From assembly GCA_964422015.1 (NCBI GenBank), contig CAYQZK010000001.1:1-45909 (forward strand): DNA of 45,909 nt, written 5' to 3'. Each line of letters begins with the position of its first letter. Position 1 is the first letter of the stretch. The DNA comes from an uncultured Methylotenera sp. (GTDB lineage: Bacteria; Pseudomonadota; Gammaproteobacteria; Burkholderiales; Methylophilaceae). Shown here one piece after another: positions 44,234 through 45,909 of this stretch. The position numbers and the translations under genes were made by a program. The notes below the pieces were generated by a model. That model was given only the letters and a program-made list of their open reading frames with translations, was not told where the DNA came from and ran no database searches.

Positions 44234-44797
44234 GTGCTAGTGATTACGCAAACAGGGTTTGCTGAGCAAACCATTACAAAGTCACGTTTTATCGCTATGG
44301 CATTGCGCTGTGAAAATGAGCGAGAAGTTGGGGCTGCATTGCGCGCTTTTGCTGCACAGCATCCAGGCGCACATCATTTGGCTTATGGATTTCGATTAAA
44401 AACTGAACAGGGTATTGTGCCGCGTTTTTCAGATGCAGGCGAACCATCAGGCACTGCGGGTATGCCTGTATTAAAGCTGATTGAAGGGCGTGATTTAATT
44501 AATGTTTGCGTAGCCGTTATTCGTTATTACGGCGGCATTAATTTGGGTACGGGCGGTTTGGCACGTGCTTATGGCGGTACGGCTAAGCTGGCATTAGATG
44601 CAGCAAAAATTGGCGACTTTGTTGAGATGAAAAGCGTGCAATTGACTATAGACTACAAACAAATGGATGCGTTAACGAGGGCTTTATCTAAATGTAACGG
44701 TACTATTATAGATAAAGCATTTAATACTCAGATTGATTTGCTTGTTTCTTTGCCGGTAGATGAAGTGGCTGGTTTTTTAGGCCGATTTAAGTTGTAA
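44234..44797 (+). CDS. YigZ/IMPACT family protein
   Basis: KSRFIA, DAGEPSGTAG.P, RYYGGI.LGTGGL.RAY; GTG directly after the fhs TAA. Confidence 0.92.
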   Translation: MLVITQTGFAEQTITKSRFIAMALRCENEREVGAALRAFAAQHPGAHHLAYGFRLKTEQGIVPRFSDAGEPSGTAGMPVLKLIEGRDLINVCVAVIRYYGGINLGTGGLARAYGGTAKLALDAAKIGDFVEMKSVQLTIDYKQMDALTRALSKCNGTIIDKAFNTQIDLLVSLPVDEVAGFLGRFKL

Positions 44798-44823
44798 TTA
44801 ATTGATTGGGCTTTAGTTAAAAA

Positions 44824-45858
44824 ATGACGAAAAACGCACAAGCATCACCACCTTCTGTACATGATATTGCAGCTTGGATTTTAGCGATTTTTACCCTGTT
44901 ATTTGTAGTCAAATTTGGTCTGTTGCCATCATTGCTTGCAGGGCTCTTGGTGTTTGAGCTAGTGCATATTCTTACGCCACATATTGCACGCAAATTCCCT
45001 TCTAAACAGCCGAGTAATCGTTCAAAGTTGTGGGCTGTAGCTATTTTGGTGTTTGTGGTGATCACCCTTTTAGGGCTTGCAGGTCTTGGCCTGGCTACTT
45101 TATTGCGCTCTGATTCTGGTAGTGTAACGGTGTTATTTGCAAAAATGGCGCAAATTCTTGAAGACTCGCGCCGCATTTTGCCGAGCTGGTTATTGAAATA
45201 TCTGCCAGTGGACGCACTTACTTTTAAAGAACAAGCAGTAGATTGGTTACGTTCGCATGCGGATGAGCTACAAGTTTTTGGTAAAGAAGCTGGCAGGGTA
45301 ATCGTGCACATCATTCTGGGCATGATTATAGGCGGCATATTGGCTTTACGTGAAGCTGTGCTAATTGACCACTTTAAACCTTTTGCACGAGCCTTGGTTG
45401 GGCGTTGCAGCTTACTTAGTGATGCGTTCCGCCGTGTGGTATTTGCACAGATACGTATTTCAGCAGTGAATACAATTTTTACGGCTATTTACTTAGCTGT
45501 AGTGTTGCCATTAATGGGTATTCATTTGCCTCTGGTAAAGACCATGATTGCCATTACCTTTGTCGTTGGCTTGATTCCTGTGATTGGCAATTTAGTTTCT
45601 AATACCGTGATTGTGGTGGTGAGTTTGAGCCAGTCTTTAGGCGTGGCGATTGGCTCATTAGCTTATTTGATTGTTATTCACAAGTTTGAATATTTCTTGA
45701 ATGCTCGCATTGTGGGTGGGCAAATTCGGGCTAATGCTTGGGAGCTACTTATTGCAATGTTGGCGATGGAGGCTGCTTTTGGTTTGGCTGGTATTGTGGC
45801 TGCGCCTATATATTACGCATATATCAAAGCAGAGTTGCGAGCCAGAAATTTAGTTTAG
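44824..45858 (+). CDS. AI-2E family transporter
   Basis: Multi-TM; LIPVIGN, HKFEYFLNARIVG, GLAGIVAAP. Confidence 0.85.
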   Translation: MTKNAQASPPSVHDIAAWILAIFTLLFVVKFGLLPSLLAGLLVFELVHILTPHIARKFPSKQPSNRSKLWAVAILVFVVITLLGLAGLGLATLLRSDSGSVTVLFAKMAQILEDSRRILPSWLLKYLPVDALTFKEQAVDWLRSHADELQVFGKEAGRVIVHIILGMIIGGILALREAVLIDHFKPFARALVGRCSLLSDAFRRVVFAQIRISAVNTIFTAIYLAVVLPLMGIHLPLVKTMIAITFVVGLIPVIGNLVSNTVIVVVSLSQSLGVAIGSLAYLIVIHKFEYFLNARIVGGQIRANAWELLIAMLAMEAAFGLAGIVAAPIYYAYIKAELRARNLV

Positions 45859-45909
45859 AGAGATTTTATTTTATTGTTTCTAGATGGAACTCATATCTCT
45901 CGGAAGAGG

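Noticed and set aside
44817-45338. 173-aa minus-strand ORF
   Set aside because: Antisense to the hydrophobic AI-2E gene; no independent support.

Overview
Gene-dense chromosomal window of a moderately AT-rich betaproteobacterium. Gene content and protein style suggest Methylophilaceae (Methylotenera-like); this is an inference. I saw no rRNA, tRNA, CRISPR array, IS element or prophage. Contents in order: a 5' portion of ccoN (cbb3 oxidase) with a perfect FNR box and a RegA-like box upstream; a tightly coupled operon of a family-5 peptide-binding lipoprotein, a signal-less YkuD/ElsL-like L,D-peptidase, two Dpp/Opp permeases and nagZ; yccA; a moxR-DUF58-tgpA-tadA operon; a LysR divergent from pirin, YceI and an old yellow enzyme; a sigma54/NtrC-type promoter ahead of a hybrid Aer/4HB/Aer2-like poly-HAMP chemoreceptor and a PAS-PAS-GGDEF-EAL gene; an AlgE-like porin, nitroreductase and thioredoxin; purB-wrbA-hugZ-DUF2069-surE-pcm-nlpD with no adjacent rpoS; class I fumarase; a secreted EF-hand protein; a sulfate-assimilation cluster (tauE-cysI-DUF934-cysH-cysD-cysN-fdxA) divergent from cysB; DUF302; DUF853 ATPase; fhs; yigZ; and an AI-2E transporter. 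The best candidate for an undescribed system is the putative ABC-importer-based peptidoglycan-recycling operon at 1582-6280. Other notable items are the multi-input chemoreceptor and a probable leaderless uORF that duplicates the surE start. All family calls come from motif recognition; no database search was run.
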